A program made the translations under genes and the position numbers. From assembly GCA_947450025.1 (NCBI GenBank), contig CANFTW010000001.1:244672-308671 (forward strand): a DNA stretch of 64,000 nt, given 5' to 3'. Position 1 is the stretch's first letter; each line of letters begins with the position of its first letter. Positions 27,421 through 36,758 of the stretch are shown piece by piece. This DNA comes from Bacteroidota bacterium (GTDB taxonomy: Bacteria; Bacteroidota; Bacteroidia; B-17B0; Aurantibacillaceae). The notes under the pieces were generated by a model, which worked only from the letters and a program-made list of their open reading frames with translations, did not search any database and was not told the origin of the DNA.

Positions 27421-28818
27421 TTATAGTTGATAATTTAATGTGCCTTTTAAATAAATAATGTTTAAAACAGTTTTAATAAATTTCAATTCATACTCTGATA
27501 ATTTCAATTCTGATTCTAGCCACTTACTCTCTCTTGTATTTAAAATAAATAAAGAACTCTCTCCGTTATTAAATTTCATTCTTTCAGCTTCCACCAATTG
27601 TTTATAATATTTCACTGAACGCTTAGCATTCAGAAGCTGTTCTGCCAATAAACTGATGTTTTGTTTTAATGCCCTAATTTTTAAATCTAACTCATTACTT
27701 TTACTTGCCAATTCTAAAGAATTATTTTGAGCATTTAGTTTAGACATTTTAAATTCATTTCTTGATTTTCTTAAAAAAATTGGAAGTGAGAAATCAACGC
27801 CCCATTTATAATTATTTTGAGAATACACTGGACTGTATGAATTTGGATTATATGACAAGAGATTATAGTTAACATTTAACTTTGGCTTAATCATTTCTCG
27901 TTTTAATTTATTATCTATTTCTAAAACATTTTGAAACGAATTATATTTTTCGATAATAGGACTAATTAAAGAATCTTGATTTAATCTAGCTACCAAACTA
28001 CTCTTTACTTTTTCAAAATAACCTTCTAAACTGTCTTGAGGCAGGTAGATCGTATTAAGAGATGCTCCATCGGTTTGCCAATTATAACTTGCTAATTCAT
28101 TATTCTGCTTTCGACTTTCAATTTCAGAAGACTGTAAATCTAACAATCGACTTTGATAAAAAATAGCAGCCTCAATCGTGTCAACTGCAGCTCTTTCACC
28201 AACGCTTGCTAAAGATTCTACTCCTATTAACCTTTGTCGAGCAAGATTTAAAAAATAATTATTTAAAGCAACTTGTTTCAAACAAAACAACCAATCAAAA
28301 TATTTTAAAGATGACTCAAATAACAAACTATTGACTTGTATGTTTTTTTCTGCCGAATAATAATTAACATATTCTTTCGACTTCATCACTTCTGCCCGTC
28401 TATAATCAATTAATAATCCTTGCAATAAACCAACTTCAATGCCCACATAAGGTAAGCCATAAGATGAGGTGTATTGCTCTGGATTTACATTAGCTCCCAC
28501 GCCATATTCATATCCAAATTTTAAATTTTGAGCAGTAAATAAGGGTATTTTAACACCAGTATTTAATACACTATAATAATTAGAATGATTATAAAACTTG
28601 TTATCATATGTTCCACTTATACTGGGATCAAAATTACCTTTAGCTGCTTTGTATTGCATCTCTCCATATTGTTTAATGTTTTCAGCCCTTTTTGATATAG
28701 GATTATTTTGTAATATATTTTTAAGATATAACTCATAACTTAATACGCTTGTTGTTTGTGCAATCAAACAATTAGAAAATAAAATTAAAAAGTAAAATAT
28801 GATGCTATTTTTTATCAT
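27421..28818 (-). CDS. TolC family outer-membrane efflux protein
   Basis: 465 aa. Signal peptide, two tandem alpha-helical/beta-barrel repeats, and the final gene of the efflux operon. Confidence 0.8.
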   Translation of the reverse strand: MIKNSIIFYFLILFSNCLIAQTTSVLSYELYLKNILQNNPISKRAENIKQYGEMQYKAAKGNFDPSISGTYDNKFYNHSNYYSVLNTGVKIPLFTAQNLKFGYEYGVGANVNPEQYTSSYGLPYVGIEVGLLQGLLIDYRRAEVMKSKEYVNYYSAEKNIQVNSLLFESSLKYFDWLFCLKQVALNNYFLNLARQRLIGVESLASVGERAAVDTIEAAIFYQSRLLDLQSSEIESRKQNNELASYNWQTDGASLNTIYLPQDSLEGYFEKVKSSLVARLNQDSLISPIIEKYNSFQNVLEIDNKLKREMIKPKLNVNYNLLSYNPNSYSPVYSQNNYKWGVDFSLPIFLRKSRNEFKMSKLNAQNNSLELASKSNELDLKIRALKQNISLLAEQLLNAKRSVKYYKQLVEAERMKFNNGESSLFILNTRESKWLESELKLSEYELKFIKTVLNIIYLKGTLNYQL

Positions 28819-31060
28819 CTTTTTTAGTAGAATTTGGTTTTACATAAAATTCAGGAGGAAATCCATTAGCTTGTCTCCATAATTCATAAATCAAAGGAAC
28901 ATTATTTAATAAGGCAAATCCTTTTACTCCACTTCCAATTTGAATAGCCTCCGGCCAAGGTTTTCCAGTATTTTTAGCCAATATTCTAAATTTTCCATTT
29001 TCAGATAGCACCTTATCAAAAGCAACAATTTCAGCCCTGTAGGTTCCATAACTAACTCCTGGCCAACCAGAGAAGACAAACGCAGGCCAACCATCAAAGA
29101 CCAATTGCATAGTTTGGCCTTTTTGAATTAATGGCAAATCAATCGGATTGATATACATTTCAATAGCTTGTTCTGTTTGATTTGGAACAATTGAACATAG
29201 AGCTGCTCCTTCTTTTATTATTTCACCAATACCTTGAACATTGGTTTTGGTAATGAACCCATCTTGAGGCGCTAAAACATAATAAAACCCTTTACGCATC
29301 GTGTAGTTTGCTAACTGATTTTGTAATTTAGTCAAAGATCCTTCTCCCTCATAAAGAGCAGAAAGCGCAGAGAATTTATCAGATTCAGCTTTCATTAATT
29401 TTTCCTGATAATCCTGCTGCACCGTATTTAAATCAATCTCAGCATTTAATAATTCATTTTTTGTTGATATAAATTTATTATCTGCTGATGTTTTTTTTGC
29501 GAGTGCCTCTTGTACTTTTATTCTTCTGTTCTCTAAATCTGTTTTAGAAATGACTCCCTTAATGAGCAATTCTTCAAATCTTTTCAATTGCTCCTCTGCT
29601 GTTTTATAATTATTATAGGCAGCCTGTGACTCTACACTATCAGTTGTTATTTTAATTTTTGCTTGAATAATTTTATTCCTAGACTGTTCCATTTTTAACA
29701 ACAAGGTTTTATTCAGAGCGTCAATTTGCGAATTTACAGCATTCACTTTGCTTTCATAAGACTCTAAGGTTGTCTCCTTAGACTTAATTTGTTGTTCTGA
29801 ACGATTAATTAATTGGGGATCAAAGTATTCATCTTTAATCTCTGAGATAAACGCAATGGTGTCATTTTTCTTTACAAATTGACCTTCATTAATAAACCAT
29901 TTTTCAATGCGACCGCCAATTCTGGATGTAATCGTTTGTGGTCTATTCCCTGGATTTAAAGTGGTGACTTTACCATAAGACTCTACATTTTGAGTCCAAG
30001 GCATTATAAGAATTACACTCCCTGAAACACCTAATGCTAGTAACAAATATTTTATTGCCTTAGAATATTTTTTAACATAGATATTAGAAACGCTTTTTAA
30101 CTCAGATGATTCACTATTAACAACAGAATATTCATGTTTTTCATCGAATATACTTTCCAATTTATAGATAGAGGTTATAATATCATAACATGTTCCTAAA
30201 CTACTGACTAATTTCTCGACTGAATTGATCACTAAAAATATAATAATTTCTGAAGCGATAAATTGCCCGATATTTAACTCTCCAATTTGAACTAAATAAG
30301 CGCCAAAAAACAAAACAATGGCAGTAAATAGAATCTTAAAAATGATGATGCCTTTATATTGCGATTCTAAAACTCCATAATACTTTTTTCTTTCTGAAAA
30401 ATAATTATTCAAAACATCATCCGTGTTTTCTATAAAACTTGGATCCTCTAATTTATTCTCTCTTGCACTTAATTGAAACCAATTGATAAGATTATACTTT
30501 TCATTAGAAACTTTAACATTTGTCTCGATTCCCCTATTACCATAATATTTAATAATAAAATAAAAAACCAGTGCCGACAATAATGAAAAAATCATAAACC
30601 ACGAGCTATACATTGGTAAGATTAATAAGCCAAAAACTATACTGATAATAGAAAACGAAAAATCCAATAAGATTTTACTAATTCCCTTTTGTAAAGTAAC
30701 AATCTCAAAATATTTATTTAATTTATCAAATATTTGATCCGAATGAGTTGTAGCATTAATATAATGGCTGATACGTGACACAATATTTCCGAAAATCTTT
30801 TGATGTAAAGTTTCGTTTATACGCATTTGCCATATTTGAAAAAAACCAATAAAACATGTTGCTAAGATGGTCACAGAACTTAATAGAACTAAAGATGCTG
30901 AAAAAGAACCCGCCATAATATAGGTTACTACACCTTGAATACCTAATGGAATAGCTAAATACATAATACCTTGTAACAATGCCAATAAGTATATTTGACT
31001 TATAACTCGCCTTTCATTATATAACCAACTAAATAAAAGACCCGCCTTATTTCTTTTCAT
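28805..31060 (-). CDS. Fusion protein: HlyB-type ABC exporter transmembrane domain (no NBD) + HlyD-family membrane fusion protein
   Basis: Residues 1 to about 315 align by eye with the TMD of type I secretion ABC exporters. Examples are LQGIMYLAIPLGIQGVVTYIM and GAYLVQIGELNIGQFIASEIIIFLVINSVEKL, which resemble HlyB [20 protein letters not shown] and [21 protein letters not shown]. A TM anchor follows, then the HlyD lipoyl/coiled-coil/beta-barrel modules (GGRIEKWFINEGQFVKKNDTIAFI...). I found no Walker A/B or LSGGQ motif in the protein. Confidence 0.75.
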   Translation of the reverse strand: MKRNKAGLLFSWLYNERRVISQIYLLALLQGIMYLAIPLGIQGVVTYIMAGSFSASLVLLSSVTILATCFIGFFQIWQMRINETLHQKIFGNIVSRISHYINATTHSDQIFDKLNKYFEIVTLQKGISKILLDFSFSIISIVFGLLILPMYSSWFMIFSLLSALVFYFIIKYYGNRGIETNVKVSNEKYNLINWFQLSARENKLEDPSFIENTDDVLNNYFSERKKYYGVLESQYKGIIIFKILFTAIVLFFGAYLVQIGELNIGQFIASEIIIFLVINSVEKLVSSLGTCYDIITSIYKLESIFDEKHEYSVVNSESSELKSVSNIYVKKYSKAIKYLLLALGVSGSVILIMPWTQNVESYGKVTTLNPGNRPQTITSRIGGRIEKWFINEGQFVKKNDTIAFISEIKDEYFDPQLINRSEQQIKSKETTLESYESKVNAVNSQIDALNKTLLLKMEQSRNKIIQAKIKITTDSVESQAAYNNYKTAEEQLKRFEELLIKGVISKTDLENRRIKVQEALAKKTSADNKFISTKNELLNAEIDLNTVQQDYQEKLMKAESDKFSALSALYEGEGSLTKLQNQLANYTMRKGFYYVLAPQDGFITKTNVQGIGEIIKEGAALCSIVPNQTEQAIEMYINPIDLPLIQKGQTMQLVFDGWPAFVFSGWPGVSYGTYRAEIVAFDKVLSENGKFRILAKNTGKPWPEAIQIGSGVKGFALLNNVPLIYELWRQANGFPPEFYVKPNSTKKDDKK

Positions 31061-31168
31061 AATTATTTTTTTACAAAAATAGTAAAAATATTTAAAATGA
31101 TAGTATTACTATTATTTATTTGCATTTATTTAATATATATGATACTTTTACTTTCATATTTAAAACTC

Positions 31169-31849
31169 ATGGAATTAGATCTTAGAATAAAAATGAATGA
31201 TAAACTGTTTCTTCGCAATCCAGAAGAATCAGTTTTAGGTAAGAAAATTGTGAAAAATGGACTATTATTAATTAATAAACTTGGTTTTGAGGAGTTTACA
31301 TTTAAGAAATTAGCTAATGAAATTTCTACTACCGAGGCAAGTATCTATAGATATTTTGAAAATAAACATCGTTTTCTTGTATACTTAATTAATTGGTATT
31401 GGAGCTTTATAGACTATAAAGTGGTTTTTTATATTAATAATATCAGAAATCCTGAAATTAAATTAAAAACAATCATTAAACTTTTAGTAGAAGAACCCTT
31501 AAATCAAAACTTAAGTCATGATTTTATCACCGAAAAAGAAGCTTACCAACTAATTATGTGGGAGAGTTCTAAATCTTATTTAACACGAAATGTTAGTAAA
31601 GACAATAAAGATCAACTGTTTAGACCTTATAAAAATTTATGTGAACGTATTTCTTCAAACATAAAAGAATATAATCCAAAATATAAATTCCCTCATTCCA
31701 TGGCCAGTACTTTGCTTGAAATGGCTCATTCACAAAAATTTTTCATGAATAATCTGCCTGCACTAACAGACTTTTCGAAAGACCAATCTGATAAAAAAAT
31801 TATCCAATTTTTAGAGTCATTATTGTTTTCATCCATTCAATCCAAATAA
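31169..31849 (+). CDS. TetR/AcrR family transcriptional regulator (start chosen at an internal ATG; 31193 is also possible)
   Basis: HTH FTFKKLANEISTTEASIYRYFENKH. The track ORF starts at 31097, only 37 nt from the divergent gene, and adds an implausible hydrophobic leader. Confidence 0.8.
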   Translation: MELDLRIKMNDKLFLRNPEESVLGKKIVKNGLLLINKLGFEEFTFKKLANEISTTEASIYRYFENKHRFLVYLINWYWSFIDYKVVFYINNIRNPEIKLKTIIKLLVEEPLNQNLSHDFITEKEAYQLIMWESSKSYLTRNVSKDNKDQLFRPYKNLCERISSNIKEYNPKYKFPHSMASTLLEMAHSQKFFMNNLPALTDFSKDQSDKKIIQFLESLLFSSIQSK

Positions 31850-31850
31850 T

Positions 31851-31879
31851 AACCTAGCTAAAAAATCCTTAGCTAGGTT
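31851..31879. terminator. Hairpin between convergent genes (weak T tract)
   Basis: Stem aacctagct (31851-31859) paired with agctaggtt (31871-31879), with an 11-nt loop. Confidence 0.4.
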
Positions 31880-31906
31880 ATTCAAACAATAATAATCATT
31901 TTAAAA

Positions 31907-32113
31907 TCAATGATTTTTTTGTTTTATAAAAGCTGTCAATAAAAAAACAGCTAAGCCTACGACACAAATTACAGGAACTGCGAAATTAAAATTAACGGAA
32001 GTAACCATAGATGCTAATTTATTTTGAGAGTATCCTGATGAATGAATTATTAATAAAATAAAACAAACTACCATGTTTTTTTTATTTACCGAAATTAAAG
32101 AGGAAGTTTTCAT
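31907..32113 (-). CDS. Small hypothetical membrane/exported protein
   Basis: 68-aa ORF with two hydrophobic segments. No family recognised, and it may not be expressed. Confidence 0.3.
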   Translation of the reverse strand: MKTSSLISVNKKNMVVCFILLIIHSSGYSQNKLASMVTSVNFNFAVPVICVVGLAVFLLTAFIKQKNH

Positions 32114-32242
32114 AACGATTAGATTTATTTGTTTTTAATTGTATTCTAATCAATTATACCAACAAACTATGGAAAGGTTTTTTGTAATTGGTAACTGGTT
32201 AAGTTTATCTCACAACTGGCAGAAATTAATATCATTAGTGGT

Positions 32243-32278
32243 AAATAAAAAACCAATCAAGACATCCTGATTGGTTTT
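32243..32278 (-). terminator. Rho-independent terminator of mnmA
   Basis: Stem aaccaatca (32251-32259) paired with tgattggtt (32268-32276). On the minus strand it is followed by a T-run (A-run 32246-32250 on +). Confidence 0.7.
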
Positions 32279-32303
32279 AAATAATCTAATTATAAATCCT
32301 ATA

Positions 32304-33407
32304 TTATTGAAATACTAGAGGCTTTCGATCTATAAAACCACCGCCAATTAAATCATTACCTTCATAAATTACCGCGCTTTGGCCTGGTGCAATACCAGTT
32401 GCTGATTCGTGGAATACAATATTTAATTTATCTTCAACTTTATTGATGGTACTTAATCGACCTGCATCTTTATAACGGATTTTAGTTAACGCCACATAAT
32501 CTTGAGGTAAGCTTTCGTATTTAATTAAATTAAAATCACGAACGTTAATTTCCATTTCTTTTAAATCTTCCAAATCGCCTAATACAACTGTATTTGTTTC
32601 AGGAATAATTTCTTTCACAAAAACAGGATCTCCCATGGCAATATCTAATCCTTTTCGTTGGCCAATTGTATAAAAAGGATAACCCCTATGTTTACCAACT
32701 TTTTTACCCTTAAAAATATAATCACCACCTTCTACACTAGTCTCTAGGTTTGGCAAACGGTGCTTTAAAAAGGCTCTATAGTCATTATCTGGAACAAAGC
32801 AAATATCATAACTTTCACTTTTATTTGCTAAGTCAATAAAACCAGCATCCTTCGCCATTTGTTTAATATCTGATTTCTGGTATCCTCCTAAAGGAAACAT
32901 TGTTCTCTTTAAACTTTCTTGACCTAAACCCCAAAGTACATAAGTTTGATCTTTGGTTTGATCTAATCCTTTAAAAATAACTTTGCGATTATTTTCTTCT
33001 CTTAATTGAGCATAATGGCCAGTTGCTATAAACTCACAATCCAACATATCTGCCCGCTTTAACAAGGCATCCCATTTAATATGGGTGTTACATAGTACGC
33101 AAGGATTAGGTGTTCTTCCTGCTAAATATTCTTCAACAAAATTATTAATAATATGGTCTCCAAACTCTCCACGTATATCTAAAATATAATGAGGAAATCC
33201 AAAGGTAACTGCCATTGAACGAGCATCATTGATACTATCTAAACTACAACAACCTGTTTCTTTTTTGCTACTACCTGATGATTCGTAATCCCATGTTTTC
33301 ATCGTAATACCAATCACTTCGTAACCTTCTTCATGTAACATCATTGCCCCAACAGAACTGTCAATCCCGCCACTCATCGCCACTAATACTTTTCCGTGCT
33401 TACTCAT
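32304..33407 (-). CDS. mnmA: tRNA 2-thiouridine(34) synthase MnmA
   Basis: PP-loop VAMSGGIDSSV and catalytic cysteines (NPCVLCN, DICF). The 367-aa size is typical. Confidence 0.95.
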   Translation of the reverse strand: MSKHGKVLVAMSGGIDSSVGAMMLHEEGYEVIGITMKTWDYESSGSSKKETGCCSLDSINDARSMAVTFGFPHYILDIRGEFGDHIINNFVEEYLAGRTPNPCVLCNTHIKWDALLKRADMLDCEFIATGHYAQLREENNRKVIFKGLDQTKDQTYVLWGLGQESLKRTMFPLGGYQKSDIKQMAKDAGFIDLANKSESYDICFVPDNDYRAFLKHRLPNLETSVEGGDYIFKGKKVGKHRGYPFYTIGQRKGLDIAMGDPVFVKEIIPETNTVVLGDLEDLKEMEINVRDFNLIKYESLPQDYVALTKIRYKDAGRLSTINKVEDKLNIVFHESATGIAPGQSAVIYEGNDLIGGGFIDRKPLVFQ

Positions 33408-33410
33408 CTT

Positions 33411-34208
33411 TTATTTTTTTGCTGGCTTATTTGTTGATTTTGTTCCAGGCTTTGTTGTAGTTTTTGTATCTTCTGCTTTAGGCTTTTCGTCGGTAGTTTT
33501 ATTTTTACTAAAAAAAGCTTCTGTTTCCTTAGCTGATGCTAATGTTCCTCCTGCTTTGTACAATTCTTTTTCCTTTACCTTTCCTGTTTTATCTCTGTAT
33601 ATCCATGGACCAGTTTTATACCCATTTTTATAATAACCTACAGCAGCTGTGACACCATTTGGAAAATAAAAGGCATTTTTGCCATCTAATTGTCCTTTAA
33701 CATATACACCCTCACTTTTTACTAATGTTTTATCATAGTATAATTTATAAGGGCCATCCATAATTCCACTTTTGTATTTTCTCTCTTCACTGATCACGCC
33801 ATCTGGAAAATAAACATATTCTATTCCATCTTTTTTTCCTTTTATATACGATTCTTTGGAAATTAAAACACCTTTATCATCATAATAGGTCCAAACAGAA
33901 TCTTTATCCTCTCCAATATACTTTCCATAAGCCATTTTTTTTCCAGTAGGATGAAACATAGTTGAATAGGCATACTTACCATCTTGCTTAAAATTCATTA
34001 TGGCTTTGATGGTATCATGAGGATAATAATATTTAAATACTCCTTGAGGCTTATCATCTTTAAATAATCCTTCATAAATTAATTTATTGGTTTTTTCGTC
34101 TTTCTTTTTCCAATAGCCTTGCTTTTTACCATTAGCATCAGTTTGCGTTTGGGCATTAGTTAAATAACTGAAGAGTAAAGAAAAAAATATGAAATAATAC
34201 TTTTGCAT
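33411..34208 (-). CDS. Secreted MORN-repeat-variant protein (YwqK-like repeat family) with a K/T/P-rich tail
   Basis: Signal peptide, then repeated G.YK.YY..G....EG.Y..GK.DG units. The C-terminus is low-complexity: KPKAEDTKTTTKPGTKSTNKPAKK. Confidence 0.7.
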   Translation of the reverse strand: MQKYYFIFFSLLFSYLTNAQTQTDANGKKQGYWKKKDEKTNKLIYEGLFKDDKPQGVFKYYYPHDTIKAIMNFKQDGKYAYSTMFHPTGKKMAYGKYIGEDKDSVWTYYDDKGVLISKESYIKGKKDGIEYVYFPDGVISEERKYKSGIMDGPYKLYYDKTLVKSEGVYVKGQLDGKNAFYFPNGVTAAVGYYKNGYKTGPWIYRDKTGKVKEKELYKAGGTLASAKETEAFFSKNKTTDEKPKAEDTKTTTKPGTKSTNKPAKK

Positions 34209-34413
34209 AAAAATGATTTTTACCTATAACTTATATTGTATGCAAAGTTACATTATCTATTAATAAAAAAAGGGCTTATATATATATATTTTCTGAAAAT
34301 TTATAAAATGAGCTTTACGGCTTATATTGTTAAACTTCTATAAAAACAAATTCAGCCAAGTAACTAAAGAATAAAACAATCGTATGATGCTACTAATCTA
34401 AATATTTTAAAAT

Positions 34414-35007
34414 ATGAAAAATGCCACTGTCTTTTTTGTGCTAATAATAGCATCCTATTTCTTTTTAAATTTTAATCAAACTAATAATTACCAAGAAGGT
34501 GATATTATTTTTCAAACCACGAGTGGGCCTACTGGGAAAGCTATACAAATAGCTACTCACAGTAAGTTTAATCATTGTGGTGTTTTGTTTTTAGAAAACA
34601 ATAAATGGATTGTATATGAAGCTGTTCAACCAGTAAGAAAAACAAGTTTAGAAAATTTTAATGCTAGAGGAAAAGGAACAGTAAGAAGATTAGGAAATAA
34701 GACTTTAACAAAAGAAGATATCGATAAGTTAAAAACATTATTTAAAACCTACCAGCATAAGGATTATGACGAAGCATTTAATTGGAGTGACGAAAGAATA
34801 TACTGTAGCGAATTAGTTTATAAATTATATAACAATGCCTTGCAAATAGAACTTTGTAAAACAAGAAAACTAAGCGATTTTGACCTCAGCAATCCATTAG
34901 TAAAAGAAAAATTAAATGAAAAATATGGTAATAAAATCCCTATGAATGAGCCTATTGTGTCACCTGAAGATATCTATAAATCAGCCTTATTAGTTGACAT
35001 AAAATAA
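34414..35007 (+). CDS. YiiX/YebB-like permuted papain (NlpC/P60) family hydrolase
   Basis: GDIIFQ...SKFNHCGVLF and the later CSELVYKLY are consistent with the permuted His/Cys order of the YiiX family. An N-terminal signal or anchor is present. Confidence 0.65.
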   Translation: MKNATVFFVLIIASYFFLNFNQTNNYQEGDIIFQTTSGPTGKAIQIATHSKFNHCGVLFLENNKWIVYEAVQPVRKTSLENFNARGKGTVRRLGNKTLTKEDIDKLKTLFKTYQHKDYDEAFNWSDERIYCSELVYKLYNNALQIELCKTRKLSDFDLSNPLVKEKLNEKYGNKIPMNEPIVSPEDIYKSALLVDIK

Positions 35008-35040
35008 AAAATCCATCAGTTGGCATACTGATGGATTTCT
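35006..35040. terminator. Terminator hairpin between the convergent yiiX-like gene and recA
   Basis: Stem aaatccatcag (35009-35019) paired with ctgatggattt (35028-35038). A T-rich tract follows on the minus strand. Confidence 0.7.
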
Positions 35041-35064
35041 TATAACAAAAATCTTAAAAAAAGT

Positions 35065-36114
35065 CTAGGCGTTAGCTGCTTCTTCTTTTAAAACAGCAAT
35101 AATTTTATCTTCTATTTCTTGGGCTAAATCAGGATTTTCAGCAAAAATAGCTTTTACAGAATCTCTTCCTTGTCCTAATTTAGTTTCATCATAACTAAAC
35201 CATGATCCACTTTTTTTGATAATGCCTTTATCCACACCAATATCAATAATCTCACCTACTTTACTAATTCCTTCTCCAAAAACGATATCAAATTCAGCCA
35301 TACGGAAAGGAGGTGCTAATTTATTTTTAATCACTTTCACACGTGTTCTATTTCCACTCACAACATCACCATCTTTAATTTGACTAATTCTTCTAATATC
35401 TAAACGAACAGAGGCGTAAAATTTAAGCGCATTACCACCAGTTGTTGTCTCAGGATTACCAAACATCACTCCAATTTTTTCACGTAATTGGTTAATGAAT
35501 ATACAACAGCATCCTGTTTTATTAATTGTACCAGTTAACTTACGTAATGCTTGACTCATTAAACGAGCTTGTAAGCCCATTCTGCTATCGCCCATTTCGC
35601 CTTCAATCTCTGCTTTAGGCGTTAAAGCTGCAACTGAATCAATTACCACTAAATCCACAGCACCAGAGCGAATTAAATTGTCTGCAATTTCTAAAGCTTG
35701 CTCTCCATTATCTGGCTGAGAAATTAATAAACTCTTTATATCGACTCCTAATTTAGAAGCGTATGTGCGATCAAACGCATGCTCAGCATCAATAATAGCA
35801 GCAATACCACCTGCTTTTTGCACATTAGCAATCGCGTGAATTGCTAATGTTGTTTTACCCGACGATTCAGGTCCATAAATTTCAACGACACGTCCTCTTG
35901 GCAAGCCTCCTATGCCTAAGGCAATATCTAATCCTAAAGAACCCGTAGAAATTGAATCCATAGGTTCTACTGTAGTGTCACCTAATTTCATTACTGTTCC
36001 TTTACCATAAGTTTTTTCTAACTTATCTAAGGTTAATTGTAATGCTTTTAATTTTTCACTACCTATTGCTTTTCTGTCTACAGTTTCAATAGCTTCTTCT
36101 GTTTTTTTTGCCAT
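35065..36114 (-). CDS. recA: Recombinase RecA
   Basis: Walker [10 protein letters not shown], plus the IIDAEHA and VVIDSVAAL motifs. Confidence 0.98.
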   Translation of the reverse strand: MAKKTEEAIETVDRKAIGSEKLKALQLTLDKLEKTYGKGTVMKLGDTTVEPMDSISTGSLGLDIALGIGGLPRGRVVEIYGPESSGKTTLAIHAIANVQKAGGIAAIIDAEHAFDRTYASKLGVDIKSLLISQPDNGEQALEIADNLIRSGAVDLVVIDSVAALTPKAEIEGEMGDSRMGLQARLMSQALRKLTGTINKTGCCCIFINQLREKIGVMFGNPETTTGGNALKFYASVRLDIRRISQIKDGDVVSGNRTRVKVIKNKLAPPFRMAEFDIVFGEGISKVGEIIDIGVDKGIIKKSGSWFSYDETKLGQGRDSVKAIFAENPDLAQEIEDKIIAVLKEEAANA

Positions 36115-36194
36115 GATATTTATTTTTATAGTTTTAAGTTACATTTTTAAAATCGAGACTCATTAACAACTTGATAACAATCTCAAATTCTTTA

Positions 36195-36202
36195 CAAATC
36201 TA
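36195..36202 (-). promoter_or_regulatory. Candidate -7 promoter box (TAGATTTG on the minus strand) for recA
   Basis: caaatcta on the + strand equals TAGATTTG on the minus strand. It lies about 80 nt upstream of the recA ATG. Confidence 0.3.
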
Positions 36203-36360
36203 AATCAAAATTCAAGCAATTGATTGCTATAAATTGTAGCATTAGATAAAATAGCAGTATTTAAAAGGCTTTTGGAATAAAAAATAAATATTTAATTTTA
36301 ACTTGGATTTAAAAATAATGCCTGAGAAAACCATTAACTGCAAATTATTTTAAAGAAAAA

Positions 36361-36436
36361 TCCATAAAAAAAGCCTTCTATTTCTAGAAGGCTTTTGTCG
36401 GGGTGGCCATCACGCTAGAGCGTGAGAACTGACGGC
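36361..36436 (-). repeat. Direct repeat copy A: terminator hairpin + remnant of the tRNA-Pro 3' end
   Basis: Hairpin aagccttcta (36371-36380) paired with tagaaggctt (36385-36394). tcggggtggcca (36398-36409) and aactgacggc (36427-36436) are identical to tRNA positions 36731-36742 and 36749-36758. Confidence 0.85.
36398..36436 (-). pseudogene. tRNA-Pro 3'-end remnant (T-arm + acceptor strand) with its T-loop replaced by a 17-nt hairpin-forming insert
   Basis: Minus-strand reading is gccgtcagtt-CTCACGCTCTAGCGTGA-tggccaccccga, versus gccgtcagtt-CGAATC-tggccaccccga in the intact gene. Confidence 0.8.
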
Positions 36437-36730
36437 AAACTAAATACTATAATCTATATTATTTCTTTCTAAATAACGCTTTGCACCATTCTTCTTAATT
36501 TGTTGTTCTAATTGCATAGCACTTGATTTATTAGGAAATTCAAAGGTCTTTATTATCTTCCAGGGAACACCTTTTTTAGTGAAATGATTCATTCCTGTAT
36601 TATGAAACATCATTCTCTGCTTTAAATCAGCAGTAAACCCAGTATAGAATTTCTTTAGTGAATAACTATATAAAATATAAACTACAAACATCTATAAAAC
36701 AAAAAAGCCTTCCATTTCTGAAAGGCTTTG
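36437..36730 (-). mobile_element. Putative minimal GIY-YIG insertion cassette (ORF + one repeat unit)
   Basis: The unique DNA between repeat copies A and B (36437-36690) is essentially just the ORF. The start codon abuts copy B, and the stop codon is 3 nt from copy A. Confidence 0.4.
36440..36691 (-). CDS. Small GIY-YIG (URI-domain) nuclease family protein
   Basis: 83 aa. It has the VYILYS...FYTGFT (GIY...YxG) block, then R...HN and the conserved E (MQLEQQIKK). This is the single-domain form frequently found beside tRNA genes in Bacteroidota. Confidence 0.85.
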   Translation of the reverse strand: MFVVYILYSYSLKKFYTGFTADLKQRMMFHNTGMNHFTKKGVPWKIIKTFEFPNKSSAMQLEQQIKKNGAKRYLERNNIDYSI

Positions 36731-36758
36731 TCGGGGTGGCCAGATTCGAACTGACGGC
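36691..36758 (-). repeat. Direct repeat copy B: terminator hairpin + genuine 3' end of tRNA-Pro
   Basis: Hairpin aagccttcca (36705-36714) paired with tgaaaggctt (36719-36728), 9/10 bp. The flanking tc(t/c)ataaaa and A-run match copy A. Confidence 0.85.

Noticed and set aside
27417-27423. LysR and tolC-like genes converge with stop codons 1 nt apart and no terminator
   Set aside because: This is noted as a curiosity. Tight convergent packing occurs elsewhere in this window (19151-19161, 58513-58518, 61624-61632), so it is a genome-wide compaction feature and not a specific signal.
31097-31168. N-terminal hydrophobic extension of the TetR ORF (MIVLLLFICIYLIYMILLLSYLKL)
   Set aside because: It would leave only 37 nt for two divergent promoters. 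TetR regulators are soluble. The extension is translated AT-rich promoter DNA, so an internal ATG (31169 or 31193) is preferred.
33411-34208. Toxin-antitoxin module suggested by the YwqK 'antitoxin' family resemblance
   Set aside because: The protein has a signal peptide and MORN-variant repeats, and there is no adjacent toxin-like gene. The flanking genes are mnmA and a divergent yiiX-like hydrolase.
34277-34289. (TA)6 microsatellite in the divergent promoter region
   Set aside because: It is short and is expected by chance in AT-rich intergenic DNA. There is no evidence that it controls spacing of a recognisable -33/-7 pair.
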